The notes: generated by a model not told the origin, from the letters alone. Counted from the stretch's first letter, positions 40,611-55,166 are shown. The stretch: DNA of 64,000 nt from Octopus vulgaris (GCA_951406725.2 OX597820.1:7254001-7318000); one strand, 5' to 3'. Program-made: numbers and translations.

Positions 40611-43202
40611 GAAGGAAGGTGAGAATAGGAAACGAAATAAACGGGGTTCGAATTCCGGGAAATTACTGCTTCTTTTTGTATTTGGATTTCATGTGTGTCC
40701 TATGAGGTCAGTCGACGCGATAGAAATTGCCACCATATCTTTCTCATATTTCTCCCTTGTGAGTTACACAGAGAAAATAGTTACCAAATAAGTTCATGTC
40801 TTGGACACATAATGTCTTAGAAAAAAGATGAAGGAGGCATCAGTTGGATGTTTTTGAGGATAAGTGAATTGGGTTCCGGTTGATCTCAGGTAAACAACCA
40901 CCCGTCCATTTGTTTTTTTTTATTCTACAAGAAATAACAGTTAAGTCAAGCCTCCTTACATAATATATTCCTAGGTTAACCAATAGCAGATAAATAAGTG
41001 TTATGTGTGCGTGTACATTGACGCACACACAAATCGGTATACATACATACATACAAACGTACATACATACATACATACATACATACATACATACATACAA
41101 GCATACATATATATATATATATATATATACCCACACACAGATATACATATACAGAGAGTGTGAGAGAAAGAGAGAGAGAGGAGAGTGGGTCATTGAGAAT
41201 GAAATGGTGAGGTATGCGGTGTTAAAAACAAGTGTTTCTGGTGCAATGAAATATACAAGAAAGAAATGAAAAGCCAACCAGAAATATGCGAAATGAGACA
41301 ATTTCTGTGATGTTTTATGGAGTGACAAACATGAATGTGACACCCCTGTTAATGGGTTCTAAATGATTTAACCACAGATCGTTCGTTTCCCGTCGTGCAT
41401 TGCGATATCATCTTTCTAATAGCGTATATATATGTTGAATACCTACATATCTGCGTAATTAGTTTTGATGTTGTTTAACACCTATTGAGCATACCTATGA
41501 TCAAAAGCAATCCATCTGTGGTCATCTCGATGTTTTATGGAGCTATGTATCTTCCTATTATGCAATAATATCTGCCCCTTTTTTTTTTTAGAAGTGGTAG
41601 CAAGGGATTATAGAATACTTAGCAACTGTTTCCAGTTGATCGATCGACCTGCGCTTACGCCACATTTTAGAAATCGGTCCTGCAAGAACCAGAAGCCAAA
41701 TCATCTGAATTAAATAATACGTTGACTTCTTGAAAAACAAAGGACAAAATGGAGAGTGCATACATATATTTTGTGTAAATCTAGTCTTGTTACAAATATC
41801 CCGAGATTGGATGAGAGTAGTGTCGACAACCATTAACCCCCGTAGGTGTCTGGTACATTGTTTCATTATTGTCGGCCATAACTAAATGGCGATATATTTT
41901 TGGTGCCTACTAACCGGCCTGTCGTTCCTTTCTGACAGAAAACATGACGATAGCAGCACCAGTAGAATTCGGAAAATTATCAGGAAAAAAGAGAGCGTAA
42001 TTCATTGAGTGAGGCAAAAACTAATTTCGATAAAAATTTGCAAATTATAAAGATCAATATAGAATTTTTTTCAAAGGTGAAAGCAGCCAAGTAGGAGAAT
42101 ATCTTTGCAAGGAATTTAATTTCAAATAAAATGTAGTATATATTCCGTATGTCAGTGCATTCCGTTAATTATCTAACGAAGAAAATTAAATAGATAAATA
42201 AGAAAAAAATAAATAATATACGATATGACATGTCGTAATAAACAGTAAATTTTCTATGTCTGTGTTTACTGTTATTTTAAGAAGAAGAGATAAAAGGTGT
42301 TAATTAAAAATAATGAGAACCACCTAATTACTGGCAAAATAAGCAATTAAATTATAAATACGTGTAATTATCGTAATGTTTCGTGAAGTATCGAGATGAG
42401 CAGTGCATATTGATAGATAAGCCGGAGAGAAGGTGAACCGACAAAACGGTTTCAATCTGTCTCTTAATGTTTCACATTGTCTTACATTGGAAAAATTGGA
42501 ATTGGGAGAGGCATGAACGGTGCAGATTGATATCTCTTTGCCATGACAATATATTTCTTTGAGGGGAATATGGGTCATAAATCGAAATATAGTTAAGTAT
42601 TTATTTTTTTATATTCAGTAGTTGACGATTTGGGGAGGATGAAAAGAAGAAGAAGAAGAAGAAGAAGAAGGAGGAGGAGGAGGAGAAGGAGGAGGGGGAC
42701 GAGGGGAAGCGGAACAAGAGGAGGAGGAATTTTGTGTGATTCAAGGAAATTATTTTCCTTTTAACCAAATAACTCTTTGAGGCTTGCAATGTGAAATTTT
42801 CATCTCTAATGTACCAAGAATTAAGACTACAAAAATACCCCCACCCAGCCACATATATCGATATATCTATCAATCTATCCATTTATATATAAAATAGAAT
42901 CAAAAACATAACACAAAGGATATCACGGTACACGTGTTTCAAGCTTTATAAACAACCCATTCTTACGTCAGTGTATAATTGATATAAAAGATGGTTTAAA
43001 GCTCGCTTCAGTCGCAAAGATTGTTATTCCAGAGAGTTACATCACAATATAAAAAATATGAAAAGTACATGCGGTATTACCCATGATAATAGGCATATCA
43101 TACCTCCCTGAGAAAGTGTATTTGTAAAATTTCGTAACTGTATAAAGGTTAATTGGATTTCGAAAATCTGCCCATACTGTATCACCAGTCAACATATCCA
43201 TT

Positions 43203-43269
<67 letters not shown>

Positions 43270-43279
<10 letters not shown>

Positions 43280-43495
43280 ATGTATGTGTGTGTGTGTGTT
43301 TGCCCGCAACCAATGCTTGATAACCGATATTGGGGTCTTTAAGTTCCCGTGACTTAGCGGTTTGGCAAAAGGGGCCGATAGCGTAAGTACCAAGCGTTAA
43401 ATAATTATGTACGTGGGTCGATTCGCTCAAAGAGAATTCTTCAAGGTGGTGCTCCAGCATGGCCGCAGTGTATTCACTGAGACTTGTAAGAAATA
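43270..43495 (+). mobile_element. SINE family B 3' half (diverged)
   Basis: ...gacttagcggtttggcaaaa...ggtggtgctccagcatggccgcag. Confidence 0.8.
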
Positions 43496-44167
43496 AGTGA
43501 TAACATATGTGTGTCTATGTGTGTGCTTGTGTGTGTGTGCTTGTGTGTGTGTGTGCTTGTGTGTGTGTGTGCTTGTGTGTGTTTGTAGGTGTGTGTACTT
43601 TTATTCTTTGTGTGTGTGTGTGTGTGTGTGTGTCTGTGTGAGTGTGCATTTGTGTGTTTGTAGATGTGTGTTTTTATTCTTTGTGTGTGTGTGTATCATT
43701 TATCCATTACACTATTTCATTGACTACACATATTGAAATGTACCTTTTCCGTATTTAGTAAATAGTCTCGAAGCCAAAACCATACAAAATTGATGGAGCA
43801 GAGTTTTATTGAAAAGTAAATAAAAGGAAGAGGAGATTCACCGGCAACAACCCAGATCGATGACAATGTTGTCTTCGATGTCAATGAAACTGCTAAGATA
43901 AGAATAAAGTTAGAGAGTTGAGGTGAATGTGGTGAGACGTGTATATACTGGACCGGTAACTTGGGGAAGGATTACTGAAGAAGAACTTAAGTTCCATTCC
44001 TTCAAGATTATTAATTGATATTTGCTTTTAATACGGGCTGTAAACACGGTCTTTAAGAAAAGGTTACAAACATCATATCTTAGCAGCGTAATCCAAGTTT
44101 TTTTCCCCATTTACTAACCAGAGGATGAATCTAAATGAAATAATGTATTTCTTTAGGCACATTACAC

Positions 44168-44222
<55 letters not shown>

Positions 44223-44253
44223 TGTGTGATCACATGCATAAATATTATATTAT

Positions 44254-44285
<32 letters not shown>

Positions 44286-44351
44286 GCATGCCTACAAACG
44301 CATATATGTGTGTGTATCTATATGTATTTATATACACATATACATACATTG

Positions 44352-44384
<33 letters not shown>

Positions 44385-44556
44385 CCCGTCCTCTCACCCT
44401 TACTCTTTCTCTTTCTCTCAGCATATAGCTTCCAAATTGTACGCTGTAGCAGATCGTAACGTCACACCTCACCACTCTAAAATAGGTAAAGTGGTGCGGC
44501 ACTCACTAAGAAGAAGAAGAAGAAAAAGAAGAGGAGCCATAACAACGACAGCAATG

Positions 44557-44613
<57 letters not shown>

Positions 44614-45005
44614 GTAATAATAATAATAGGTTCTGCAAATCTGTATAGAATATGTATTTTCCTCCTCCATTTTAAAAGATGGCGGATGAATAGGTATGGT
44701 TTCCCGTTTTATGTAACATCTCTTGTGTAACTGAAGAATTATCATTAATTTGTTGAAATTCTGTCGACGTAGCTATTGATATTCCAAACAGCATTCACTG
44801 GGTTTACAAAACTGCTTTACCTAACAGCCAAACACATTTATACATCTATAAACTTACTCTCCCCACTTCCCATACTCTGCAAACATAACAACCAAATACA
44901 TCATACATATATTTATTAACACACAAAGTGAACTACGCATATCTACGCCTATATATACACACACACACATATATACATATATCTATCTATCTGTTCATCT
45001 ATTTA

Positions 45006-45090
<85 letters not shown>

Positions 45091-45131
45091 CGTCTGTCTA
45101 TCTATCGGTCTGTCTATTTGCCTACCTATAC

Positions 45132-45170
<39 letters not shown>

Positions 45171-45550
45171 CACACATAAAACCATATGTATATAGACACT
45201 GAATTTCCTTGCTTCAATAGTTAAAAAAAAAACCAACGCACGTGTGGTTTGACCTTATGCAGCGAACAGCATTTTTAACGATATATTCTGAGAAACATAT
45301 CTACGCATGTCCTTTTCTATACATGTTTCTACGCGCACATGTGTGTGTATGTGTGGTTTTGTGTTCATTGACCGCTTATAACTTTTATGTCTATTGGCCC
45401 ATTGAATAGTTACATATATGCGTGCGTGCGTGTGTGAGTGTGTGCACGTGTGAGTGTTATCCTTATGAGCCTCCCACTAATCTCTTGAATGGCAACTATT
45501 AAATAAAGTTAGACTATTAAACACACGTACACACATATACACACGGACTC

Positions 45551-45964
45551 AAATACCTATTTCTTTACTACCCACAAGGGACTAAACACAGAGAGGACAA
45601 ACAAGGACAGACAAACGGATTAAGTTGATTATATCGACCCCCATGCGTAACTGGTACTTAGTTTATCGGCCCCGAAATGATGAAAGGCAAAGTCAACCTT
45701 GGCGGAATTTGAACTCAGAACGTAAAGACAGACGAATTCTTTACTACCCACAAGGGTCTAAACACAGAGAGGACAAACAAGGGCAGACAAACGGACTAAG
45801 ACGATTATATCGACCCCAGTGCGTAACTGGTACTTATTTAATCGACCACGAAAGTATGAAAGGCAAAGTCAACCTCGGCGGAATTTGAACTCAGAACGTA
45901 AAGACAGACGAACTACGGCTTAGCATTTCGCCCGGCGTGCTAACGTTTCTGCCAGCTCGCCGCC
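45551..45964 (-). mobile_element. SINE family A dimer
   Basis: Head at 45964-45915, two bodies joined at about 45737, 3' end ...aaagaaataggtattt. Confidence 0.9.
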
Positions 45965-46657
45965 TTGCACACACAATACCAATAACACAAACAGACACAA
46001 ACTAGACCATACGCACACTTACATACCAATTCACACGCTCGCGCGCATACACACACACACACACACACACACCACGTGGTATCCAAATACACCAAAATCT
46101 GTTGCTGCATGTTTGTGTTCTTGAGTTTAGTGCATTGTTATTTTTCGTTTTTTGATTTTTTATTATCTTTTGGATGGGCGTATATGAGTGTGTGCGCGCG
46201 CGCGTTTCCACGCGCCTGCATGTGTGTCAGTGTATGTGCCCGCGTGTGTGTGTGTGTGTGTGTACTGCATTTGTGTATCTATAAATTCATTCCCGCCTCC
46301 AAGTGGCCAATAAGCATGCGCCATATTGTCAACAGCTTTTTGTCAAGTGAATTAACGGAAGTTTATTCTGCAAAAGTCGAAGTTAATCAACTGGATTGGC
46401 GGTGGTGGTGGTGGTGGTGGTATTTGTTGTAGTTGAATTGTTGCTGTTGCTAGTGATGTATATTGTAGTAGTGTTTCTAGTAGTAATAGTAGTAGTTAGT
46501 TGTTGTTTTTGTAGGTCTGTATCGTTCTTCTTATTGCTTTTGTTGTTATTTTTGTATTGTGAAATGGAGTCATACAAAAGACGTTATGTTGTTCTCCACT
46601 ATTAACGACGCCTGCCGAGGTTTACTTACTGCTATTTTGTTGTTGTTGTTACCAAGC

Positions 46658-46920
46658 TCTGTCCTATTATATATGTGTTGTTTCCACTTAAATCCGCCTT
46701 CTTTAAACAAACTTATAGTCGAAGGCGTTCCGGTCGTGACCATCTCGTTGTATATCACTGACCGAAGGATCCTTTTTCATTTAAATCTGCTCTATTATAT
46801 ATGTGTTGTTTCCACTTAAATCCGCCTTCTTTAAACAAACTTATAGTCGAAGTCGTTCCGGTCATGACCATCTCGTTGTATTGTATATCACTGACCAAGG
46901 GTTCTTTTTTCATTTAAATC
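46658..46920. repeat. Tandem duplication with a 128-bp period
   Basis: ctattatatatgtgttgtttccacttaaatccgcc...catttaaatc at 46664 and 46792; the second copy has a 5-bp insertion. Confidence 0.92.
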
Positions 46921-47069
46921 GCTATGACGTAATTTGAGGCAGTTTTGGCTTATATCTCTGGCAGATGGTACGACATCGTAAAGCTGTTGCGATTTCAAAC
47001 TGTGATACAGGTCCAGAATTTTCTTTTTAGACAAGGGAGTAAATCTCCTAAAGAAGCCCCACTACTTCA

Positions 47070-47210
47070 CGGGCACTTATTTTTATCGACCTGAGAATGA
47101 TTAAAGGGAAAATCGACCTTAGCGGAATTTAAACTCATTAGATAAAAAACATTCGAAACGCCGCTAAGCATTGTGCCCGGCGTCCTAACGATTCTACCAG
47201 CTCACCACCC
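47070..47210 (-). mobile_element. Old SINE family A copy
   Basis: Minus strand ggtggtgagctggtagaatcgttaggacgccgggc...ttccgctaaggtcgattttccc. Confidence 0.7.
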
Positions 47211-49304
47211 TATATCTGTTGTTACCGTAAATAGTGGCTGTTACTGCTATTGTTGTTTTACTTGTTATTGATGATGATATGAGGAGGAGGAGGGTGCTGA
47301 CGGTGTTGACGGTTGTACTGGTGTGTGTTAGGGTTAACCATTCTTTTGTTGATAGGTGGAGCTGTTGCTATTAATTGTGGTATCTGTTTTTCTGTATGTT
47401 GTCCCTACATGGAAACTGTTATTGCTAAGCCACCCAGTTTCCCTGCCCACAATTGCTGGAAGAATTGATGGGGTAGAGACCCTGGCACCTTTTACATAGG
47501 ATCCAATCAGAAGCAACTGTCATTTAATTTTCCCGCTGGAATCCCGGCTGTGACCAACTAAGATTATGGGCTTGATCCAACTATCTCGCTCTTGGTCAAC
47601 CCCTAGGTCGGTCTCCTACCTCGAGAGATCTCCATTATCTCACAGATACGATTCGTATCGAGTGACGCCGCTCTCGAGATCCTTAGGAGGGAAGCCGCTC
47701 GCTCGTTTGTATTCTCGATCCTATTCTTTGGATCACTACCCAACATTCGTAATCATAAGTGTGGATAAGTACGGGAAGCGAACCGATGGTAACAAGTTTG
47801 GCTTCTTTTTTAAACTGACCTCTCCTCTTTTGAGGATCGAATCTCGTTAGTGGCACATTACTATGTCGACCCCTGTAATTCTAGCATTGCATTCCATTTA
47901 CCTCCCTGCTTCTCACCACTCGTGAATACGTCCTCCAGTTACAAGATGTTGTTTATGTTGGCTAACATCATGTGTTGTTAGACGGAGGTTGTTTTTGTTG
48001 TTGTCAGTGTTAGGGGCTGATGTTTGTTGTTGTTAGGCGTGGGTTGGTGAACGTTGTTGAGAGAATGTTGAACCTGCCAATGGTGGTTGTTGTTATCAAG
48101 AAAACTTGTAGATCGTTTGTTAACGTTTGTTTCTTATTTTTTTTATATATTGTGTGTCCAAGTGTTTTTGTTGATGTGTTGTTTCTTATATATTATCAAT
48201 GGTGGATGTTACACTGCGTGGTTGTTAGGTGGCGGCGTTGTTGTTGTTGTTGTTGTTGCTATTGTATGTCATTGTACGTTATTAATAGTTCTCTTGTTGC
48301 TTTCGTCACTTATATTACTGTTAAGTGCGAACGATGTCCGTTGTTATATATTTGTGTTTCTGTGTATATATATATATTGCTGTTGTTGTTATTGTCGTCG
48401 CTATTGTTGTCATCGCTATTTTTGCTCTAGTCCACACTTCCATTATATTATTGCTAAATTCTTCACATCAACATTTCTATCCTTCTGTGAATGTTCCGCT
48501 TGAAGCCATATTGCAATCTTACAGATTTTAGTCGACATATCTCGCTTCTTTCTTTCTTTCTTTTTTCCATCTTTCTTGTTTTTTTTTTGTTCCTTTCTTT
48601 CTTTTTTTCGTTTATTTATTTACGTGTTTCTTCCTTTCTTTTTTCCTTTTCTTATTTTCCTCTTTATATGTATTTCTTTCTTTCTTTCTCTCTCTTTCTT
48701 TCTCTCTCTCTCACACACTCACACACACACACTATTTCTTTCTTTCCTTCTTTTATTTATGTCGTTCTGTAGATTTTATTTCCTTCTTCCTTTCTTTTTT
48801 TTCCCAGTTTTGTTTTACTATATCTATTCTTTATTTCCTTGTTTATGTTTTTTTTGTTTATATTGCTTGTTTCTGTTTTTTTTTATTTTATATATTTGTT
48901 GTCTTTCCTGTTGTTGTTGTTGTTGTTGTTGTTGTTGTAACTGATAAAAGAATCTTGGCAATTCCTGGCGACTTACATAGAAAAAGAACGACAAAAGTGA
49001 TAACAATAACAACGATGACAACATTAGCAGCAACGACAACAACAATAACAACACGAATAATGTGAACATCGATTTAACAAACAAGGAACGGACAAATAGT
49101 AACAAACAACAACGAAAGAAAAACTACCAAAACAACCATTATCCCTCGCCCCTTCTCCTTCCCATCGTCATCATCATCATCATCGCCATCATCCTCCTCC
49201 TCCTCATCATCATCATCACCACCATCATCTACTGTAAACAACTAAAACAAGGACAAACACGGTATTAATGGCCGCAGCAATAATAAAATAACAATTGTTG
49301 TAGT

Positions 49305-49305
49305 A

Positions 49306-49403
<98 letters not shown>

Positions 49404-49452
49404 CGGCAGCAACAATAATGAAAGCAGCGACAACAATAAAAAATAATAATGA

Positions 49453-49520
<68 letters not shown>

Positions 49521-49540
49521 TGATGATGATGATGATGATA
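49305..49540. repeat. (AAT)n/(GAT)n compound microsatellite
   Basis: Direct inspection. Confidence 0.95.
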
Positions 49541-51193
49541 ATTTCAATAACAGTAATAATAACAATAACGGAAGTAGCTTTAAGAATGACAACGTCGAAC
49601 ACAATATCAGCATGATGATCCGCAATAAAATGAATATCACCGCCATAACTAAATCGATAGGAAAGGATATCTGTGAATATTAAATACAGTAATACGCTGT
49701 AGAACAGACAGACAAAAGTGAAACCTTATAGGTAGTACAACAACAACAACAACAACAACGATAACAATAACAATAGCAACGGTGACATTATGGGAGGGAC
49801 AATGGCGCGAAACAGAGAAATAAGCAGAAAGACGATGTGATAAAACGATTTCCAGTATTTGTGTCAGTGTGAGATATTTTTAGTGAAGGTAACCGCTGTG
49901 TGTGTTGTGGATTTCATACATTCCACTGCATTGTTGATAGAGCAATGCTTTTGTAACGCTTCCACATAGAGAAGTAGGAATGCTGTGAGGGGATCTGATG
50001 GTTTATAACAATTTACCTGATATAGGTGACGGATTGGCGAAATTGTTTCTGGTATTTGCTTCACCTCTTTAGCTTCAGAGTTCAAATCTCAGTGATGACG
50101 AATTTGCTTTTCAAACCTTCCTGGGTCGATTAAATATAAAGCTAGGGGAGTAGAATCACGGAATTGTTTGATCGTTGGTTAAAATTATTTCCACGATTTT
50201 TCCGCCTCTTTGCATTTTGAGTGTCTATTGGCAATTGTTTTCTTTCAGACAACATTGATGGTGCAGAGAGGCGGTGCCTCCTAACACGGAGTGGCGGTCC
50301 CTTGTTTTGCAAAGAAGTGATCCTTTAGTACACGAAGTGGCCCTTTGAAACACCGACATTGATATTTCTTACAAAGTGAGACACCAAGTAACGGCTCTGC
50401 TTCTTTTGTTTTGTATTAAGGTGAATATCTCTAATCTCCTGGCTGCTCCCTCATCATCTATCATCTCTGTCAATGGAGAAATGTTCCTCTTGTTACAGAT
50501 AAAGTATTCTAAAGCAACGAACCGGATTGTTCTTTATTTCCAGAATATAAAGACAACACTGCCAAAGAATCCAATTTTACAACTGACTGGATCATATTCT
50601 TAAAAGAATATTCGTTTTTATTACCGAAATTCCGTAGATAAACGGAAAAACAACTAAATGATTTTGGTACAGTTTGATCTCACAACAACGATATTCCTAA
50701 CTAGGAAGCATAATCTAATTGGACCGCATATTATTTATATTAACGGCGGATTATTTATAATGAAGACAATTTTCAAAGAAAGACTTGTTGAACAGATCGA
50801 TGTCAAAAATTGATTATTTCTATAATTTATCGATCCCAATGGAAAGTTGAAAGCGAATCTATGCAGGATTTGAAAAGAGGTAAGTCAATGGATCAGCGTA
50901 ACACAAAGTCCGATGCTTTTCGAATTCTTATGAGAAACGTTCTCATATAAATGTATGCCAAGAACAGACACACTACGCAGTTAATGACACGCTAGAAATA
51001 GCAGTCAATTCGCTCTGAAGCCATAATCACTATCTTAAAAGAGACACATTGAATAAATATAGCCAGGGGTACAGGTAACTCGAACGAAAAGGATATTATA
51101 ACATGGCTGGAATGGTGTTGATCATAAGTTTACAAGGTCAAGATCGACTTCAGTTTAAACAAAAGAAAACATCCTTAATAATACTATTATAAA

Positions 51194-51194
<1 letters not shown>

Positions 51195-51249
<55 letters not shown>

Positions 51250-51360
51250 GAACTGCTACAACTACTACTACTACTACTACTACTACGACAACGACTACTA
51301 CTACTACTAGAACTACTACTACTACTACTACTAGAACTGCTACAACTACTACTACTAATA
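51195..51360. repeat. (CTA)n microsatellite
   Basis: Direct inspection. Confidence 0.95.
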
Positions 51361-51391
51361 ATAATGATAGTGGTCTCAAATTTTGCCACAA

Positions 51392-53030
51392 CTCTTGTTG
51401 TGATTTGTATGATACCCCTCATACTGATACTACGGAAAATGACAGCGGAGTACACTTTGAAAAATAGAGAAAAATTGAATCATGTTATATACGGATGATT
51501 TAATGCTTTTTGGAGAGACCGAACGTGAAATAAAGGATCTAATTCCAACAGTGCCGATATTTAGTAAGGATATCAGAATGGAGTTTGGGACTAAAGAGTT
51601 TGGTATGCTTATAATACGAAGAGGCAACGCAGTGTTGTCTGATGATGTAGAGCTACCCAATGTTGAGAAAATCAAGGATATTGAGATTAATGGATATAAA
51701 TATCTGGGGATTTTCGAATACGACAAGGAAAGTGAAATGAAGGAGAATGTCTCAGAAGAACCAACTTAATTATGGGAAGTAGACTCAATGGAAAAAAGAA
51801 AATCGGGGCAATGAACATAGGGGTTGTTTCCTTAATGCGATTCGGTGTTTTTAGGTGCACGAAGAATGAGCTTGAGGAAATGGATAGGAAAACTAGAAAA
51901 GTGATGACACTTAACAAGGAACTCCACCCTAAAAGCGATACTGACAGACTGTAGGTACCTAGAAACGGGGGAGGAAGGGATTTATATAGGATGCAAGATC
52001 TGTGTTGTCAACGAGAAGAATAGTTTGGGATCGTACATCAGACTCAATTCTTGCTTGCCGCTGATAGAATTAACAATACAATACCTACCGAAAATGTGAT
52101 GCACCTAAAAATGAGACGAAGAAGAAAGAGCAAGCAAGTGGAAAATGAAACCACTGCATATACCTAAGAGAAATCGAAGAAAAAAGACAAGATCAACACT
52201 TGGAGATGACTAAGAAAAAGTGATCTAAAAGAATGTACTGAGGCATTGATATGCAGCGCGCAAAAAGAAGCTCTGAGAATTAATTATACCAAGTTTCAAA
52301 TAGATAAGAGTAGCGAATCGCCCCTTTGTAGGATGTGTGGCTGCAAAAAAATAATCTCACATGTTGCGAGTGATTGCAACAAGCTGTCCCAAAAGCACAG
52401 CAAAAAGAGGCAGGTTAACGTGGCTAAGCTCGTCCACTGTGGTAAGTACGGCCTGAACAGAGCACGGACATGGTAGGAACATGGACCGAGAACAAGTAAC
52501 ATAAGATACTGTGGAATTATGCAGTCCAATGTGACTCCCCAATCGAGGCTCGGAGACAAAATATTGTTATGGTAGATAAAAGAAAAACGAAAATCAAGAT
52601 CATAGCTATTACAATACCTGGAGATGCACGCATAAGTGACAAAGAACTAGAAAAGATTGAAAAGTACAGATTACTAAAAGACGAAATTGCATAAATGTGG
52701 ACTATGAGGAGAGTGTCTGGCATTCCAGTAGTTGTAGGGGGGACTCGGTGCACTAACAACCAAGTTCGAGAAATATGTAAGAGAAATCGGAATTGACATC
52801 AGAGCAGTGCAAGCCCCCCAAAATTGCTCTGCTGGGGACAGCTACGATTTTGAGATTGGTACATAGATGTTGAATGTCTTCCATGATAATAGAAGTATCA
52901 ATATCTCCCACGATAAATAAAGCATCAACGCTTATAATGTGCGGGAAAAGACCCAGTGAGACCTCTGCCAGATTCCAACAGAATCTACGAGAACAATCAA
53001 AACCAAAGTTTCTGAAAAATAAAACGATAA
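51392..53030 (+). mobile_element. 5'-truncated, decayed R4/Dong-clade non-LTR retrotransposon (RT C-terminal half, CCHC knuckle, RLE, 3' UTR)
   Basis: VICMIPL...LNH.LYTDDLMLF (YxDD), GYKYLGI, ELHPKSDTDRL, SPLCRMCG...SHVASDC (CCHC), IEARRQNIV...IPGDARISDKELEKIEKYRLLKDEI (RLE); multiple stops and frameshifts. Confidence 0.92.
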
Positions 53031-53199
53031 TCATAATCGTCTATAATTTCGTCTTTCAGTGTGATAGATTCATGTTAGATGGCGCTGCAGCAAACCATTG
53101 GAAAATGACCGTTCTACTATAGTTTTATGTTGGTTGAAGCCATTGGAATGGAATTTGGAAGAAAAAAAAAACAGCGTGAATGTTGAAGATATCCACATC

Positions 53200-53400
53200 G
53201 TTTCTGTATATTTCTTATGAGACAGACCTGTTATATCGTCCTGTTTAACATAAACATTAATCCCGTTTGTCTCTTTAGCGGAGTCCACTCTGTTGCTAAC
53301 AATATTAGATAGTATTAGATCCAGCAGCTCTCTGCTCTTCTTCCCATGAGTTCTAGGGACCCAGGCAAGTCGCATGGCCACCACTTATTTTTTTCTTTCT
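53200..53400 (-). mobile_element. Possible RTE-like ORF C-terminal remnant
   Basis: LAWVPRTHGKKSR...VDS resembles the LLWxPxHGKRxRGRP...D terminus of RTE ORFs. Confidence 0.35.
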
Positions 53401-53539
53401 GATTGTCAACTTGCATCAACACAACCGAAACTAAGTCATAAAATGTTTGAACAGGGAGAGCTGTTGCCTATTAGAACAAGGCTAGTATAAGCTTAGAGAG
53501 TATTTTGGTCACACCGGGATGGAGTAACTAGAAAGAAAA

Positions 53540-53748
53540 TAGCACGCCGGGCGAAATGCTTAGCAGTATTTCGTCTGGCAGTACGTTCTGAGTTCGAATT
53601 CCGCCGAGGTCCACTTTGCCTTTCATCCTTTCGGGGTCGATAAATTAAGTACCAGTTACGCACTGGGATCGATGTAATCGACTTAATGCCTTTGTCTGTC
53701 CTTGTTTGTCTCCTCTGTGTTTAGCCCCTTGTGGGTAGTAAAGATATA
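53540..53748 (+). mobile_element. SINE family A monomer (5'-trimmed)
   Basis: tagcacgccgggcgaaatgcttagc...gccccttgtgggtagtaaaga. Confidence 0.9.
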
Positions 53749-54029
53749 AGAAAATACATTTATACAATGAATATAGAGGCCGCAGAAACATTTGTTTCTT
53801 AATTTTTATTTATATTTTGCTAGTGACGTCAGAGTTCCGTTTTTAAGTAAATCCTATGTGCTCAAACCGTGCGGCACATTGGGTAAGTGTCTGCTGCCAT
53901 TCGCTCGGATCAAGCTAAATTATGCGAGTGACATTTGATCATGTGTGAACTTATGCTCTTTAAACGTACAGTATGTTATTCAATACGATTTTCATATAAT
54001 CACGTAAAAAGAAAAATATCTGTGAATTA

Positions 54030-54605
54030 AACAAAGACATGATGATGAACATTAGAGAAAAATCTAGCTTCGTCTCTTATGACAATATCAATAACGAGGC
54101 TACACAACTGTAAGGAGATAACAGATTATAATATTTAGCTAAGCGCAATCGTACATTAAGCACAAAGGCCAAGCGAAGAACTTCCTTTCTAATCCAGACA
54201 ACAGATTAATCAATCTTGCGAAGAGTGACATCGGATTAATTAGCAAACAATTTCATATAACACCAAGGACTGAATTGAGAATGTCGTCAACTTCCGTCAA
54301 TAGGACAATCGTAATACTGTAATCAGTTCATTTAAGACTCTTACTAATAAAAGGGTTGCTTGTTCGCTCGGTTCAATATTGTAGAATCTTATCCATCAAT
54401 CTGTACATTGTTAGTTACCGTTAATTCCAGCTCTGCTAAGGCATATTGCATTGTTAATACAGTGATACAGAAATCATTATATATGAGAGGAAAGCCTTAC
54501 TTTTCATTGAAAATACGGCCTTGTTTAAAAAGATACTTCGGCGCTTCGTTCCGTATCAGTATGAGTCTTATAGACTGTACAGCGAGATGTGCTTTTGGTC
54601 ACCAT
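54030..54605 (+). mobile_element. Penelope-like element reverse transcriptase remnant (Neptune-like)
   Basis: Broken reading INNEA...KNFLSNPDNRLINLAKSDIGLISKQ...FARFNIVESYPSI...EIIIYERKALLF resembles the PLE RT motifs RLINPAKSxIGxISK, FDIxxFYPSI and HxRKSLLF. Confidence 0.75.
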
Positions 54606-54927
54606 TTGCATCCAAGATCTACTGAGACTGTATGTGTGTGTGTGTGTGTGTGGAATTAGTGTGAGTGTATGAGTGCGTGCTTATGCATATGTTTGTCCCA
54701 CACTAACGCTGGATAACCGGTGTTTGCGTTTAGGTCCCTGTAACATAGCGGTTTGATACAAAGAGAGAATAAAATAAGTGTCAGGCTTAAAAAATTAAAA
54801 CAAGGGCCGGGGTCCATATGTTCGAGTGAAATTTTGCAGTAAGGCCGTAGCTTAATAAGTAAAATAAGTACAAAAGAGAAAGAATATATGCGGTAAAAGA
54901 GAGGGATAGCTATATAGATATATAAAC

Positions 54928-55166
<239 letters not shown>

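Noticed and set aside
47400-47490. HDV-like ribozyme on the minus strand
   Set aside because: A P4-like stem exists, but I could not build consistent P1/P2 pairings.
50238-50380. Possible internal exon after ttttctttcag
   Set aside because: All three frames hit stops before the candidate donor at about 50375, and there is no recognisable protein.
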